Positions 27,066 through 36,863 of a stretch of 64,000 bases of DNA are shown one piece after another. The notes under the pieces were generated by a model that saw nothing but the letters and a program-made list of their open reading frames with translations, was not told the origin of the DNA and made no database searches. A program made the position numbers and the translations under genes. Every line of letters starts with the position of its first letter. The stretch's first letter is position 1. The DNA is taken from positions 11,932-75,931 of the forward strand of contig JACPFC010000016.1 of the NCBI GenBank assembly GCA_016183175.1, written 5' to 3'. This stretch comes from Deltaproteobacteria bacterium (GTDB lineage: Bacteria > UBA10199 > SBBF01).

Positions 27066-28296
27066 ACGGCAGTCCGGTGTCGATCGCCGAGGTTCTCACG
27101 GTCGTCTCCTCGCCGGTTTCCGCCTCGGTCAGGACAGAGTGAAGATGCCGGCCGCTGATCACGCCGTTTTCCGAAAACGAGACGGCGCGCTCCAGAATGT
27201 TGTTCAGTTCGCGGACGTTGCCGGGCCACTGGTAGCGGGCCAGCATCTTGAGCGCGTCATCCTCCACCCGGCCGGCGTAAAAGGAGCCGTCCGGTTTTTT
27301 GTTGTAACGGGCCGAGGCGAGGATTTTTTCAACCAGAAGGGGAATGTCATCAGGGCGTTCCCTAAGCGGAGGCAGTTGAATCTTCACCACGGAAAGACGA
27401 TAGTAAAGATCCTCGCGAAAGCGCGATTCGTCCACCTCCTTGCGCAGATTGCGGTTGGTGGCGCAGATGACCCGGACATCCAGCTTGATGGGTTGGGTGG
27501 AGCCGACCCGCTTGATCTCGCGCTGTTCGAGGGCGCGAAGAAGCTTGGGCTGGAGGTCGAGCGTCAACTCGCCGATCTCGTCCAGAAAGATAGTCCCGCC
27601 GCCCGCCTCTTCAAACGCCCCCTTGCGGTCCTTGATGGCGCCGGTAAACGACCCTTTCACATGGCCGAAGAGTTCCGATTCGATGAGATTGGGGGCGATG
27701 GCCGAACAATCGAACACGACAAACGGCTTGTCTTTCCGGAGGGAATTGTCGTGGATGGCCCGCGCCACAAGTTCCTTCCCCGTTCCCGTTTCCCCCTCGA
27801 TGATCACGGTGGCGAGGCTGGGAGAGATTTTTTCCAGCACCCCGAAAATCTGGCGCATCTTGCGGCTCTTTCCCGCCATCTCGCCGAAGAAATTGTTTTT
27901 TGACGGTTCGATTTCCACCTTTTCGTCGAATGTCTGGAATTTGATTTTGGTGTTGCCCACCGTGATGATGTCGCCGGGGGAGAGAAAGGCCTCCTTCACC
28001 TTCATGTCGTTGATGAAGGTGCCGTTGGTGGAGTTCAGATCGCGCAGAAGATAGCTGTCGGAGGTGGCCTCGATTTCCATGTGATTCCGGGAAACGGTCT
28101 TGTCGTTAACGACGATGTCGTTTTCGTTTTTTTTGCCGACACGGATGATTTTTTTCCGGCCGAGGTCGAACTTGATGTGGAGACTTGGGCCTTCGATAAC
28201 GACGAGCTGGCATCGGCGGAGCGAAATGAGATCGCGCGTCTCCGAGGCGGGAAGCAGTTCTGTTTTCGTCTCAAAGTCTTTAAATTTTTCTTCCAT
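26902..28296 (-). CDS. Sigma54-dependent transcriptional activator with N-terminal FHA domain
   Basis: FHA (RVGKKNENDIVVNDKTVSRNHMEI...STNGTFIND); AAA+ with GETGTGKE Walker A and the GSFTGA sigma54-contact motif; C-terminal HTH. Confidence 0.85.
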   Translation of the reverse strand: MEEKFKDFETKTELLPASETRDLISLRRCQLVVIEGPSLHIKFDLGRKKIIRVGKKNENDIVVNDKTVSRNHMEIEATSDSYLLRDLNSTNGTFINDMKVKEAFLSPGDIITVGNTKIKFQTFDEKVEIEPSKNNFFGEMAGKSRKMRQIFGVLEKISPSLATVIIEGETGTGKELVARAIHDNSLRKDKPFVVFDCSAIAPNLIESELFGHVKGSFTGAIKDRKGAFEEAGGGTIFLDEIGELTLDLQPKLLRALEQREIKRVGSTQPIKLDVRVICATNRNLRKEVDESRFREDLYYRLSVVKIQLPPLRERPDDIPLLVEKILASARYNKKPDGSFYAGRVEDDALKMLARYQWPGNVRELNNILERAVSFSENGVISGRHLHSVLTEAETGEETTVRTSAIDTGLPFKEAKQKIVESFEKDYLEDLLRRNNSNVSKAAREAKIDRKHLRNLLPASPISTD

Positions 28297-28307
28297 ACTC
28301 CTCCTGT

Positions 28308-30353
28308 TTATCTTTGTAGCGGCGCCATGATCTCCGTATAATTCTTGCTTGTTTGGACGCTTTTTGTCCAGCTTTTATACCCCGGCATGGAGACGAGAAT
28401 GGTATGTGTCTGATCCTTTCTCAAGTTCCGGACCACAATGGGGGTCACCCCCGATTTTTGTCCATCCACCACCACCGAGGCGCCGCGGGGGCTTGAATCG
28501 ATCCGGATGCTGGCCAGCGGCCCAAAGGTGTCGCCCGTCTCGCGGCCGGAAGGGGAGAGCGTCGGTGTTGCCGGCAGGGCCGGTGTTGGTGTGGGTGTTT
28601 TTTTTGATGTTGGTGTTGTCTTTGTTGTTGTTGTTGTCTTTGTTGTTGTTGGAACGGGAGGTTCCGTTCGAGGTTCCGTTTTGATTTCCGGTTTGACGAT
28701 GAGGTCGATGGGAGCCGGCTTTATTGCCTCGATAGCAGGGGCCTCCACAGGAGTTGAGACAACCTCGCCCGGTTTCTTCAAGACCGCTTCCAGTGTTGCC
28801 GAGACCGACAGATAAGTCTCGCCGGAAAAATCGGCCTCTTTTTCCCACGGTTTGAATCCCTCCTTTTCAAGGCGGAGTTGGTGGGTTTGATCCAGCTCCA
28901 AGTCGCCGATTGTGAATGGGGTCTCCTCGCCCGTGTCCTTGCCGTCGAGAATAATGCGGGCCCCCGAAGGTTCTGAAGTCACCTCGATTTCGCCGACAAC
29001 CGGCGGAGGGGAGGGTTCGGGTTCAGGTTCGGGCGTCCGCGGGAAAAAATACCAGACAAGACCTCCGGCAACGGCCAGCGCCGTCAGAAGATACGGCCAA
29101 ATCCGCTTTTTCCTTTTTATCGATTTGATCAGCTCCCTGGTGGTGATCACCGGTTCACCCGCGGGATGTTTCAGGTCGGCCGGCCGGGCCCAGTCTTCCG
29201 GTTTGGTCGTTGGGGCCAGAATTTCCTCATCCGGGCCCCCCAGGGCGGGTCGCCCCCCCAGGGCGGGTCGCCCCCCCAGGGCGGGTCGCCCCCCCAGGCC
29301 GGATCGGCCCCCTTCCGACATTTCCCGGTGGACGATGCTTTCCTCTTTGATGCCGGCGGGCATGACCGGCCGGGTATCGCCTGCGGGCGGTGCCGGTTCC
29401 CCAAGTTTTTTTCGTTTTGCCTTCAACTCGGGGGCGAACCATTTTTTAATCAGGTTGGCCAGTTGTTTGGGCGAGAAGTCGACATACTGCGAGTAGAGCG
29501 CCCGGGTCAGCGCAATTTGAAAGTCGCCCGCCGTCTGATACCGCTCCGCGGGGTTGAAGGCCAGCGCCTTGGCGACAATGGGGCCGGCTTCGGCGGAAAT
29601 TTTTTCGGAAAGCGCCGCCTCGGTGATGCGGGTGGTCTGAATGACCTTAAGCACCTCGATCTGCGTTTCCCCCGTAAAAAGCCGCTCTCCGGCGAGCATC
29701 TCGTAGAGGATGATGCCGGCGGAAAAGATGTCGGTTCGCGCGTCCACAGGCTTCCCCAGCGCCTGTTCCGAGGACATGTAGGTGACTTTGCCCTTCAGGA
29801 TGCCGGCGGTCGTGTGGGAAATGTTGAGGGCCGCCTTGGCGATGCCGAAGTCGACGATTTTTGTCTCTCCTTCGAAAGAAATAAGGATGTTTTGCGGGCT
29901 GATGTCGCGGTGGACGATGCCCAGCGGCTGGTTGTGCTCGTCGCGCCGGCTGTGGGCGTAATCGAGCCCCTTGCATATTTCGGAGGCGATATAAAGGCAG
30001 ACCGGGACGGGGATTTCTTCGTTCAGTTCCTTGCCGCGGTTCATCAGTTCGCGCAGGTTGAAGCCGTCGATGTATTCCATCGAGATGTAGTAGTCGTCCC
30101 CCATTTTTCCCAAGTCGTAGATCTGGACGATGTTGGTGTGCGAAAGGCGGACCGCCAGCTTGGCCTCGTCGGTCAACATGGAGATGAACTCCTTGTCGGC
30201 GGAGTAGTGGGGGAGGATTTTCTTGATGGCCAGCTGTTTTTCAAAGCCGTCGACGCCGAAGGTTTTGGCCTTGTAGATCTCGGCCATTCCGCCCACGGCC
30301 AGCTTGTCGGTCAAAAAATATTTTCCAAACGGTTTTGGTTCGAATGAAGACAT
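28308..30353 (-). CDS. Hanks-type Ser/Thr protein kinase with TM and two C-terminal PEGA domains
   Basis: Kinase motifs GGMAEIYKA...AIK, HRDISPQNIL, DFGIAK; TM IWPYLLTALAVAGGLVWYFF; PEGA-like SEPSGARIILDGKDTGEETP and SSPRGASVVVDGQKSGVTP. Confidence 0.85.
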   Translation of the reverse strand: MSSFEPKPFGKYFLTDKLAVGGMAEIYKAKTFGVDGFEKQLAIKKILPHYSADKEFISMLTDEAKLAVRLSHTNIVQIYDLGKMGDDYYISMEYIDGFNLRELMNRGKELNEEIPVPVCLYIASEICKGLDYAHSRRDEHNQPLGIVHRDISPQNILISFEGETKIVDFGIAKAALNISHTTAGILKGKVTYMSSEQALGKPVDARTDIFSAGIILYEMLAGERLFTGETQIEVLKVIQTTRITEAALSEKISAEAGPIVAKALAFNPAERYQTAGDFQIALTRALYSQYVDFSPKQLANLIKKWFAPELKAKRKKLGEPAPPAGDTRPVMPAGIKEESIVHREMSEGGRSGLGGRPALGGRPALGGRPALGGPDEEILAPTTKPEDWARPADLKHPAGEPVITTRELIKSIKRKKRIWPYLLTALAVAGGLVWYFFPRTPEPEPEPSPPPVVGEIEVTSEPSGARIILDGKDTGEETPFTIGDLELDQTHQLRLEKEGFKPWEKEADFSGETYLSVSATLEAVLKKPGEVVSTPVEAPAIEAIKPAPIDLIVKPEIKTEPRTEPPVPTTTKTTTTTKTTPTSKKTPTPTPALPATPTLSPSGRETGDTFGPLASIRIDSSPRGASVVVDGQKSGVTPIVVRNLRKDQTHTILVSMPGYKSWTKSVQTSKNYTEIMAPLQR
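29228..29299. repeat. 18-bp tandem repeat x4 inside the kinase gene encoding (GGRPAL)n
   Basis: cagggcgggtcgccccccc repeated; translated on the minus strand as GGRPALGGRPALGGRPALGG. Confidence 0.7.
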
Positions 30354-30367
30354 TTGGTAGAGAAACT

Positions 30368-30973
30368 CTAACGAATCAGCAGGTAACCTCCGATAATAAG
30401 AAGGATCATCAGAACCGCCACCCCGTACACAAGGAGCATTTCAGGGCGCAAAGGATCGGGCGTCACATTTTTTTTGACGGTTGCCTCTTCCGCCGGGACG
30501 GATGTTTTTTTCGATTCTCCGGCGATTTTTTTTTCTTCCTCGCGGAAAAGTTCCGGATTGGCGGGAACGGTGATATAGAGAATATCGTTGTGCAAGACCT
30601 GCTCTTCGGGAATCCGGTCGCCCGGCTGAAGATTTTTTATTTTCAGGCCGGTCGCCCGAGAAATGGAGACGAAGGCGGGGCTGATGTTCCCGCCCCCTTT
30701 GAGCTCCACGTCCACGCGCAAAAGCGAGGGATCGGTCTTCAGATTGATTTTGCGAAAAACAATCGCGCCGATTTCATCCCTTGCGACCTGAATCCCCCTC
30801 TTCCAAAGACGGCTCTTGTCGAAGAGGAGCTCCCAGTCGGTTTTTTCGCCAAAGGCCTGAAAGGCGTCCTTGCTTGCGTCGTGCCCCGACTGACGATCCT
30901 TTTGGGTTTCGGTGAATGACTGGACTTTCCAGTATTCGAATCGGTCGGTCTTATCGATACGTTCTACTACCAC
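30368..30973 (-). CDS. Hypothetical protein with C-terminal TM anchor
   Basis: ORF; C-terminal LLVYGVAVLMILLIIGGYLLI; no family recognised. Confidence 0.3.
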   Translation of the reverse strand: MVVERIDKTDRFEYWKVQSFTETQKDRQSGHDASKDAFQAFGEKTDWELLFDKSRLWKRGIQVARDEIGAIVFRKINLKTDPSLLRVDVELKGGGNISPAFVSISRATGLKIKNLQPGDRIPEEQVLHNDILYITVPANPELFREEEKKIAGESKKTSVPAEEATVKKNVTPDPLRPEMLLVYGVAVLMILLIIGGYLLIR

Positions 30974-31013
30974 GCCACGATTCTATGAGGGGAGTAACAA
31001 AAATTCAAGGTAA

Positions 31014-31337
31014 TTAAGGGATGACATTGCGATAGCGGAGCTTCAAACCGATGTCGCTTAATGCGCCGGAGATGACTGTTTCCAGAAAGATGAGAACAAT
31101 GATGACCACCATCGGTGTCCAGTCGATGCCGGTTTTATAGAGAAAGGAGGGGAGAAAGCGGCGGACGCGCGAGAAGACCGGTTCGGTGGCCTGATAGAGA
31201 AAATTGACGATCGGGTTATAGGGGTCGGGGCGGACCCACGAAACAATCACGGCGCCGGCGACAAGAAAGGTGTAGATGCCGACGATGAGGCTTATCACCT
31301 TGGACAGGGCGATGAAGATGAGGCCGAGGAATGACAT
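31014..31337 (-). CDS. YggT-family membrane protein
   Basis: MSFLGLIFIALSKVISLIVGIYTFLVAGAVIVSWV... is YggT/Ycf19-like; start taken at the internal Met. Confidence 0.55.
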   Translation of the reverse strand: MSFLGLIFIALSKVISLIVGIYTFLVAGAVIVSWVRPDPYNPIVNFLYQATEPVFSRVRRFLPSFLYKTGIDWTPMVVIIVLIFLETVISGALSDIGLKLRYRNVIP

Positions 31338-31338
31338 A

Positions 31339-32145
31339 TTAAAAATTTCGTAGCTTTCGGGCGCGTCGCGTCGCCGCGACAACGCATTGTTGCACAATAC
31401 TTCCAAATTTTTTCCGCTTCAACACTTTTAATCCCGCCTCGGTGGTGCCTCCCTTTGAAGCGACTTTTTGAATCAGAGAGGCCGGGTTTTCGCCGCTCTG
31501 TTTAAGAAGGGCGGCGGAGCCGGCCAATGTCTGCACCGTCAAGGCGCGGGCAAGGTCCTCCGAAAGCCCCGCTTTTTTGCCGCCCTGGATGAGGGCATCC
31601 GCAAATCGGCAAACAAAGGCGGGGCCGCTTCCGGAGAGGCCGGTGACGGCGTCGAGCGCCTTTTCGCTTTTGACCTCGAAGGCAATCCCCGCGGCGCCGA
31701 AAATTTTTTGCGTTATCTTGCGGTCAGCCGCGTGGCAATTCCGGTTGGCGAAATAGGCGGTGGCTCCCATGCCGACTGTCGCCGGCGTGTTGGGCATCGA
31801 TCGGATTATTTTGCATTGTCTCCCGAGGCCCTTTTCAAAAAAACGGATATCCAGCCCGGCGGCAATCGAAAGGATCAGGTGACGTCGCGACAATTTGGGT
31901 CTTATCTGGCCCAATAGTTCCTTCATCTGCTGAGGTTTGACTGAGAGAAGGATCATATCGGCGCGGCGGATCGCCTCAACAGCCGACGAGGAGGTTTGAA
32001 TCCGGTATTTTCGTCGGATTAATTGAAGGCGTTTGGTGTTGACATCGAAGCCGATAATCCGGCCGGGACGGAGGAGTTTTTTGGCCAACACTCCCGCGAT
32101 AAGCGCCTCCGCCATGTTTCCGGTGCCTAATATTGCCAATTTCAT
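31339..32145 (-). CDS. proC: Pyrroline-5-carboxylate reductase
   Basis: MKLAILGTGNMAEALIAGV... Rossmann N-terminus and ProC-like length and layout. Confidence 0.8.
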   Translation of the reverse strand: MKLAILGTGNMAEALIAGVLAKKLLRPGRIIGFDVNTKRLQLIRRKYRIQTSSSAVEAIRRADMILLSVKPQQMKELLGQIRPKLSRRHLILSIAAGLDIRFFEKGLGRQCKIIRSMPNTPATVGMGATAYFANRNCHAADRKITQKIFGAAGIAFEVKSEKALDAVTGLSGSGPAFVCRFADALIQGGKKAGLSEDLARALTVQTLAGSAALLKQSGENPASLIQKVASKGGTTEAGLKVLKRKKFGSIVQQCVVAATRRARKLRNF

Positions 32146-32837
32146 TTCTCTCGTTCTCCAAAAATAGCCGTTCCCACACGGATATAAGTTGCCCCTTCCT
32201 CAATGGCAACTTCAAAATCGTGGCTCATTCCCATGGAGAGTTCGGTGAGTTCGCTTTTATAGACCTTTTTTGCGTTGATTTCATCCCGGAGCTTCCTTAG
32301 TTCGATAAAAAAGGGGCGTGATTTTTCGGGATCGTCAAAGAGGGGAGGGAGGGCCATCAGTCCGGTGACCAGGAGATGATCGAGGCCAGACAGGTCTTTC
32401 AAAAGCGGCGCCGCCTCGTCCGGGGCGACGCCCGTTTTGGACTCCTCGCCCCCAATGTTTATCTCCAAAAGACATTTTTGGACCAGATTTTTTTCCGCCG
32501 CCCGCTTTTCAATTTCATGCGCCAGCGGAAACGAGTCGAGTGAATGAATGAGGATTGCCTTTCCGACTATCTCTTTTACCTTGCGCCGCTGGATGTGTCC
32601 CACGAAGTGCCATGGAATCTGCAAAGGGAGAAGCGCCCGGTATTTTTCCAAAAATTCCTGGACATAATTCTCGCCGAAGGTTTTTTGCCCGGCCTGATGT
32701 GCCTCACCGATCATTTCCGCCGGTTTGGCCTTGGAGACGGCGACCAAACGAATTTTATTCGGGTCCCGCCTGGAGCGTTTTGCCGCCGTAACGGCCTGTT
32801 TGAGCACATCGGTGATATTTTTCCGGATATCGCTCAT
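32142..32837 (-). CDS. YggS-family PLP-binding protein (alanine racemase N-terminal-like fold)
   Basis: RLVAVSKAKP...FGENYVQE... are YggS/PLPBP signatures. Confidence 0.8.
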   Translation of the reverse strand: MSDIRKNITDVLKQAVTAAKRSRRDPNKIRLVAVSKAKPAEMIGEAHQAGQKTFGENYVQEFLEKYRALLPLQIPWHFVGHIQRRKVKEIVGKAILIHSLDSFPLAHEIEKRAAEKNLVQKCLLEINIGGEESKTGVAPDEAAPLLKDLSGLDHLLVTGLMALPPLFDDPEKSRPFFIELRKLRDEINAKKVYKSELTELSMGMSHDFEVAIEEGATYIRVGTAIFGEREK

Positions 32838-32857
32838 GAACTCAGATCAGAATTGCC

Positions 32858-33886
32858 TTGCCGAAACCAGGGTGCTACAAGATTCGTATGGCTACCGGCA
32901 GGGCCGACAAGGCATATGCACTTGGTACTGTTGAGGCGTCAGAACGCCTCATTCATGAACTCTATATTGACCTTAAACAAAAGGTCAACAAGTGGGCGTC
33001 TCTCACCCGGCAAACTGCCCAAGCTCGTATGGGTTACGTCGGACAACACCTTGTCAGCGTCGCCACTGGATTCCCCGGCGGACGTTCGGGGGCGCGGGGA
33101 AAAGACCTGGTTTTGCCAAACAGCCGGTATGCTGAAATCAAAACATGTTACCGTGTTGACCAGCTCGGGAAATGTGGCGATTGCGGAGGTGCGGTTTCCA
33201 GCCTTGAGACAGCATGTCCGGAATGTTCCTCTGGAAACATTGAGCGGAAGGACGATTCCAAGTGGCTGATTGGCATCAGGCACGATGATGAGTTTGCGCA
33301 CATTCTCGACCCCGCTTCATACTACCTCGTCCTCTTTGACTTCACGGACTTGGCGAAACCCACAACAATACGCGCCTCGATCTGGAGAGTTGATTCCCTG
33401 AATCCTGGCTTCGCCTACTGTCTTGTTGACTACTACTTCAATATTCGCAAGGCTTCCAAGTCGAAAGCCCCATTCAACCTTTGGCCTTTTCAACTGAAGT
33501 TCGACTTGATGAAGCCGCTTCTGATCTATCGTTCTTTGATCAGCGCGGACAACACCATCACCACCGAGGTTTTCCCAAGCCGCGACAAGGCCGTGAGCCA
33601 TCCCCTGAAACCATTGCCCGAGTATTCCCAATCACAGAACCTGACCGCTGATAAGTGCAAGGCGGTGGCTCGACTGCTCAAGGCGAAAATCTCTAACGCC
33701 GGGAGCAAACGCGAGATTCTAGCCGAATTGCAGACGCACATTACACACAGGTGCCTGCCCCAAGCACGAGTTGCGGACGCACTCGCGTATGCACTGTATT
33801 GGCCCCATATCAAGGAACATACAAGCGCACTGCCCCAGCCCCTGCGCCAGAATATCGAAAACGCCAGACGCTCAATCGTTGTCTAA
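32858..33886 (+). CDS. Hypothetical protein, candidate restriction endonuclease of the adjacent MTase (Zn-ribbon CGDCGG...CPEC)
   Basis: Lower local GC; convergent and overlapping with the MTase gene end; Cys4 ribbon; no confident nuclease motif seen. Confidence 0.3.
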   Translation: MPKPGCYKIRMATGRADKAYALGTVEASERLIHELYIDLKQKVNKWASLTRQTAQARMGYVGQHLVSVATGFPGGRSGARGKDLVLPNSRYAEIKTCYRVDQLGKCGDCGGAVSSLETACPECSSGNIERKDDSKWLIGIRHDDEFAHILDPASYYLVLFDFTDLAKPTTIRASIWRVDSLNPGFAYCLVDYYFNIRKASKSKAPFNLWPFQLKFDLMKPLLIYRSLISADNTITTEVFPSRDKAVSHPLKPLPEYSQSQNLTADKCKAVARLLKAKISNAGSKREILAELQTHITHRCLPQARVADALAYALYWPHIKEHTSALPQPLRQNIENARRSIVV

Positions 33887-36238
33887 CTCAGCCGCGAGTA
33901 TCGTCTGCCTGAACATGATCCTGTTCAGTTCGGCAAATTTCTCTGCTTCCCGTCGCGCAAGATCTGCCAGTTCCTTCAAGGTTTTATCCGGTTTGACAAC
34001 CCGCTCGTCAACGGTCAGGTTCAAAACATCGTCAGGGTATAGGTGCGCCGTCTGTCCCCGAATCATCGCTTGGATCTCTTTCATGACGGAGGGTAGTCGC
34101 AAGTACGCCAAGAGAACGAATGGATCAACTTTCTCCTCATCCGGTCTCAGAAGCATTACCTCGCCGACGAACGATGCCTTGCTTCCTACTTCTGGCGGGA
34201 TGGCCGTCACGATGTCGACTTTCTTGGCAATGTAGACGGGCGAGTGCGCGGCGGCAGTCAGGAGAATGTCTCCTGTTCGGAGATACCGTTCGCCGCTGTT
34301 GTTCACCCGATACACACCCGGATCAACGAAGTTCCGGTCTCTGGGACTCCAATCGATCCCGTTGCCCGTTAAGTTGCCGACTTTCACGACAAACAACCCC
34401 TCAGGGGTGTAACTGGCTCGGGGAGGCGTGCGCCCACAAGTAACGGTTTTCAATATTTCGCTGAGGCACACCGTCTTGTTTCTTGCGATGCGTTTCGCCA
34501 ACAATTCAGGTAGCCGCGAAAAGGTTTCTGTCTTTGGCACCGCAACGGTCAGCGAGCATGTTGCCACATCCTTCTGACTGGAGATGCTCTCCGCGAGATG
34601 TTTTGCCAGATCATTCAACTGACTGCCGTCTCGCCTGCGTCCAGTGCTGTCATAGCCGACATTCGACACGTTTGACACACAGATACGAACATTTGCCTTT
34701 CGGTCTTCGCTCCCGGCATACTTTCGGGCAAAAAGAACAACTGTTGTCGTTTGTGTTCCGGTGGCCTGAAATGTCTCTGAAGGCAGAGACACAATCGCCT
34801 GGACATAACCGTATTGATCAAAGGCGCGACGCGCCACATCAAGGGAGCCATTTGTTACCACGCTTCGAGGCAGAACTATGGCCAACGTTCCTCCCGGTGA
34901 AAGACTACGCAAGCACAACTCCAAGAATAACACTTCACTTGGCACCCTCCTTGCCCCCCCAGAAGCAAGCATCCGTGCCGATTCATAAACCGACATGTCG
35001 AGGCCCCTGTCATCTATGTTCACGCCGAAAGGGGGATTGGTGAATATCGCGTCGCACGTGTTCTGTTTTATTGTGCCCCTTGCCAGCGAATCGGCCAGTT
35101 GCGAGCGGAAGACACACCGGCGCGTGTGGTGCAGGTTCAGTTCGGCCAGCAGGAGCATTCGAGGGTTCTTGTCGATGCCAAAGACAGTGAAGTCGGCTTT
35201 CTTCGCGTCGTATGCCGTGCCTTTTTGCCTCTGCCAATGCTTCAACACCTCAATTAGGAAAGTGGCGGTTCCACACGCGGGATCGCAGACCTTATCGCCA
35301 GGACGCGGAGACACAAAATCAACCATCATCCTGGCCACTTCATCCGGTGTGAGAAATATTCCCAATGCTTTCCTTGTGTGTGCCGCAAGAAATTCACGAA
35401 GGGCCGCACTCCGAAGGTCGAAGGGAATGCTACTGAATTGGAGAGGCTGAAAGAGATCGTGCAATGCGATGAGACACTTGTCCGAAAGCCGGAATCGAGC
35501 ATCCTTCCACAAGTCAGTGGCGCCCTGTCCCATTTCCTGAAAGTGGTCGGCAAATACCTTGCGCAATGTGTCGGCTTGCTCTGCCTGCACGCTTGAAAGC
35601 CCATCACTTCCCATTAGCGTGAACGGACTTGACGGATTCAAACCATGTTTTTCAAGCGTTTCCTTCAGTGAAATGTACTTGAGTAGTTCATCGAATGCCT
35701 CTTGAGGCTGGAGCCCGTCAACATTTCTCATCAGATCATGGGCGCGGCGATAGATTCCGCTCAGCACATGAACATTAAATGAAACGTGATCCAGGTCATC
35801 AGACTGTGCAGGCATAGCGGGCGCCGCCAGAGTAGCCTCGTATGTTGAGGCGGGTTTTCTAACCGGTTTTTCCGTCGTCTCGTGGCTCTGTGCATAGTCA
35901 CGAATTGCCGAGGTTTCTGAGGCCGTAAACACTCGCCAACCGTGTTTATCGCGCTTCGGCTCTCTGATGGATCCCTGTTTCATCCAGCGAAGAATCGTGT
36001 CTTTTGACACTCCGACACTCGTAGCGACCTCAGCCGTAGTTCTTGCTGTAGTGTTCATATCGTGCATATATGTAGGATTTGTTCCCGCATTGCAAGCACG
36101 ATTTTTACCGGACAAAGGAAGAGAATACGCGCGCCCCCGCGAAAACGAGGACGAGGAGGCGGGCGGAACGAACCGGGCGGCGACAGCCGCCTCGGCGGCT
36201 TGGCGGAGGACTTGGATGAGGTTGGATTGAATATCCAC
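33872..36238 (-). CDS. N6-adenine DNA methyltransferase (gamma-class, HsdM-like) with N-terminal HTH and C-terminal target-recognition region
   Basis: Motif I DPACGTATFLIEV; motif IV FTNPPFG; MerR/excisionase-like HTH (VSKDTILRWMKQG) near the N-terminus; long C-terminal extension. Confidence 0.75.
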   Translation of the reverse strand: MDIQSNLIQVLRQAAEAAVAARFVPPASSSSFSRGRAYSLPLSGKNRACNAGTNPTYMHDMNTTARTTAEVATSVGVSKDTILRWMKQGSIREPKRDKHGWRVFTASETSAIRDYAQSHETTEKPVRKPASTYEATLAAPAMPAQSDDLDHVSFNVHVLSGIYRRAHDLMRNVDGLQPQEAFDELLKYISLKETLEKHGLNPSSPFTLMGSDGLSSVQAEQADTLRKVFADHFQEMGQGATDLWKDARFRLSDKCLIALHDLFQPLQFSSIPFDLRSAALREFLAAHTRKALGIFLTPDEVARMMVDFVSPRPGDKVCDPACGTATFLIEVLKHWQRQKGTAYDAKKADFTVFGIDKNPRMLLLAELNLHHTRRCVFRSQLADSLARGTIKQNTCDAIFTNPPFGVNIDDRGLDMSVYESARMLASGGARRVPSEVLFLELCLRSLSPGGTLAIVLPRSVVTNGSLDVARRAFDQYGYVQAIVSLPSETFQATGTQTTTVVLFARKYAGSEDRKANVRICVSNVSNVGYDSTGRRRDGSQLNDLAKHLAESISSQKDVATCSLTVAVPKTETFSRLPELLAKRIARNKTVCLSEILKTVTCGRTPPRASYTPEGLFVVKVGNLTGNGIDWSPRDRNFVDPGVYRVNNSGERYLRTGDILLTAAAHSPVYIAKKVDIVTAIPPEVGSKASFVGEVMLLRPDEEKVDPFVLLAYLRLPSVMKEIQAMIRGQTAHLYPDDVLNLTVDERVVKPDKTLKELADLARREAEKFAELNRIMFRQTILAAELDND

Positions 36239-36242
36239 CGTT

Positions 36243-36863
36243 TCAGATAATCAGCCGTTTTGTCTCGCGGATAAAATAATCTTTTACTTTTTGCCATGAA
36301 ACCTTTTTGAACATTTTCGGCATTTCATTCTTTTCGGCGTCGGCAAAATAGGTCAGCGCCTTGAGCAGATGCACCCGATTCGCATTAAAGGATTCATATT
36401 TTTTCTGAAAACCGGCAATCGCGTCCTGAAGGCTCAAACCCGCAAGGCCGAGGAAATAGAGATCGACAAAGTCTCTTTTGACCCCTCTTCCCGATATCGC
36501 CTCGATTTTCATGGCCGCGATATCTTTAAGACCCGCCAGGGACACGTCGTGGAATGACAATGGAGTTTCCAGCATGGGGTAGTTGTATTGAAAAAAACTG
36601 ACCATCACCTGATTAAGAAAACCGACAACAGTATGTTCTCTTTCATGTGTCGCCCGGAAGTCGCCCATTTTTTGGAGGGTATCGATTACACGGCGATATT
36701 TGAACGTTTCCCGCGTGAAAAAATCGAGATCGACAGATAGTCGATGACCGATTTGTAGGGCCAGAGCGGTGCCGCCTGCGAGATAAAACCGTGTAAAACA
36801 GGGCTCCCGACCAATCTCTTTTAAAATGGCGAGTGAGGCAGGAGTAACGGCTTGTTCAAACAT
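36243..36863 (-). CDS. AbiEii/AbiGii-type nucleotidyltransferase (DUF1814-like) putative toxin
   Basis: RFYLAGGTALALQIGHRLSVDLDFF is the nucleotidyltransferase GS..DLD motif context. Confidence 0.5.
   Translation of the reverse strand: MFEQAVTPASLAILKEIGREPCFTRFYLAGGTALALQIGHRLSVDLDFFTRETFKYRRVIDTLQKMGDFRATHEREHTVVGFLNQVMVSFFQYNYPMLETPLSFHDVSLAGLKDIAAMKIEAISGRGVKRDFVDLYFLGLAGLSLQDAIAGFQKKYESFNANRVHLLKALTYFADAEKNEMPKMFKKVSWQKVKDYFIRETKRLII

Noticed and set aside
29166-30347. 393-aa plus-strand ORF antisense to the Ser/Thr kinase
   Set aside because: Shadow ORF; the kinase catalytic motifs are on the minus strand
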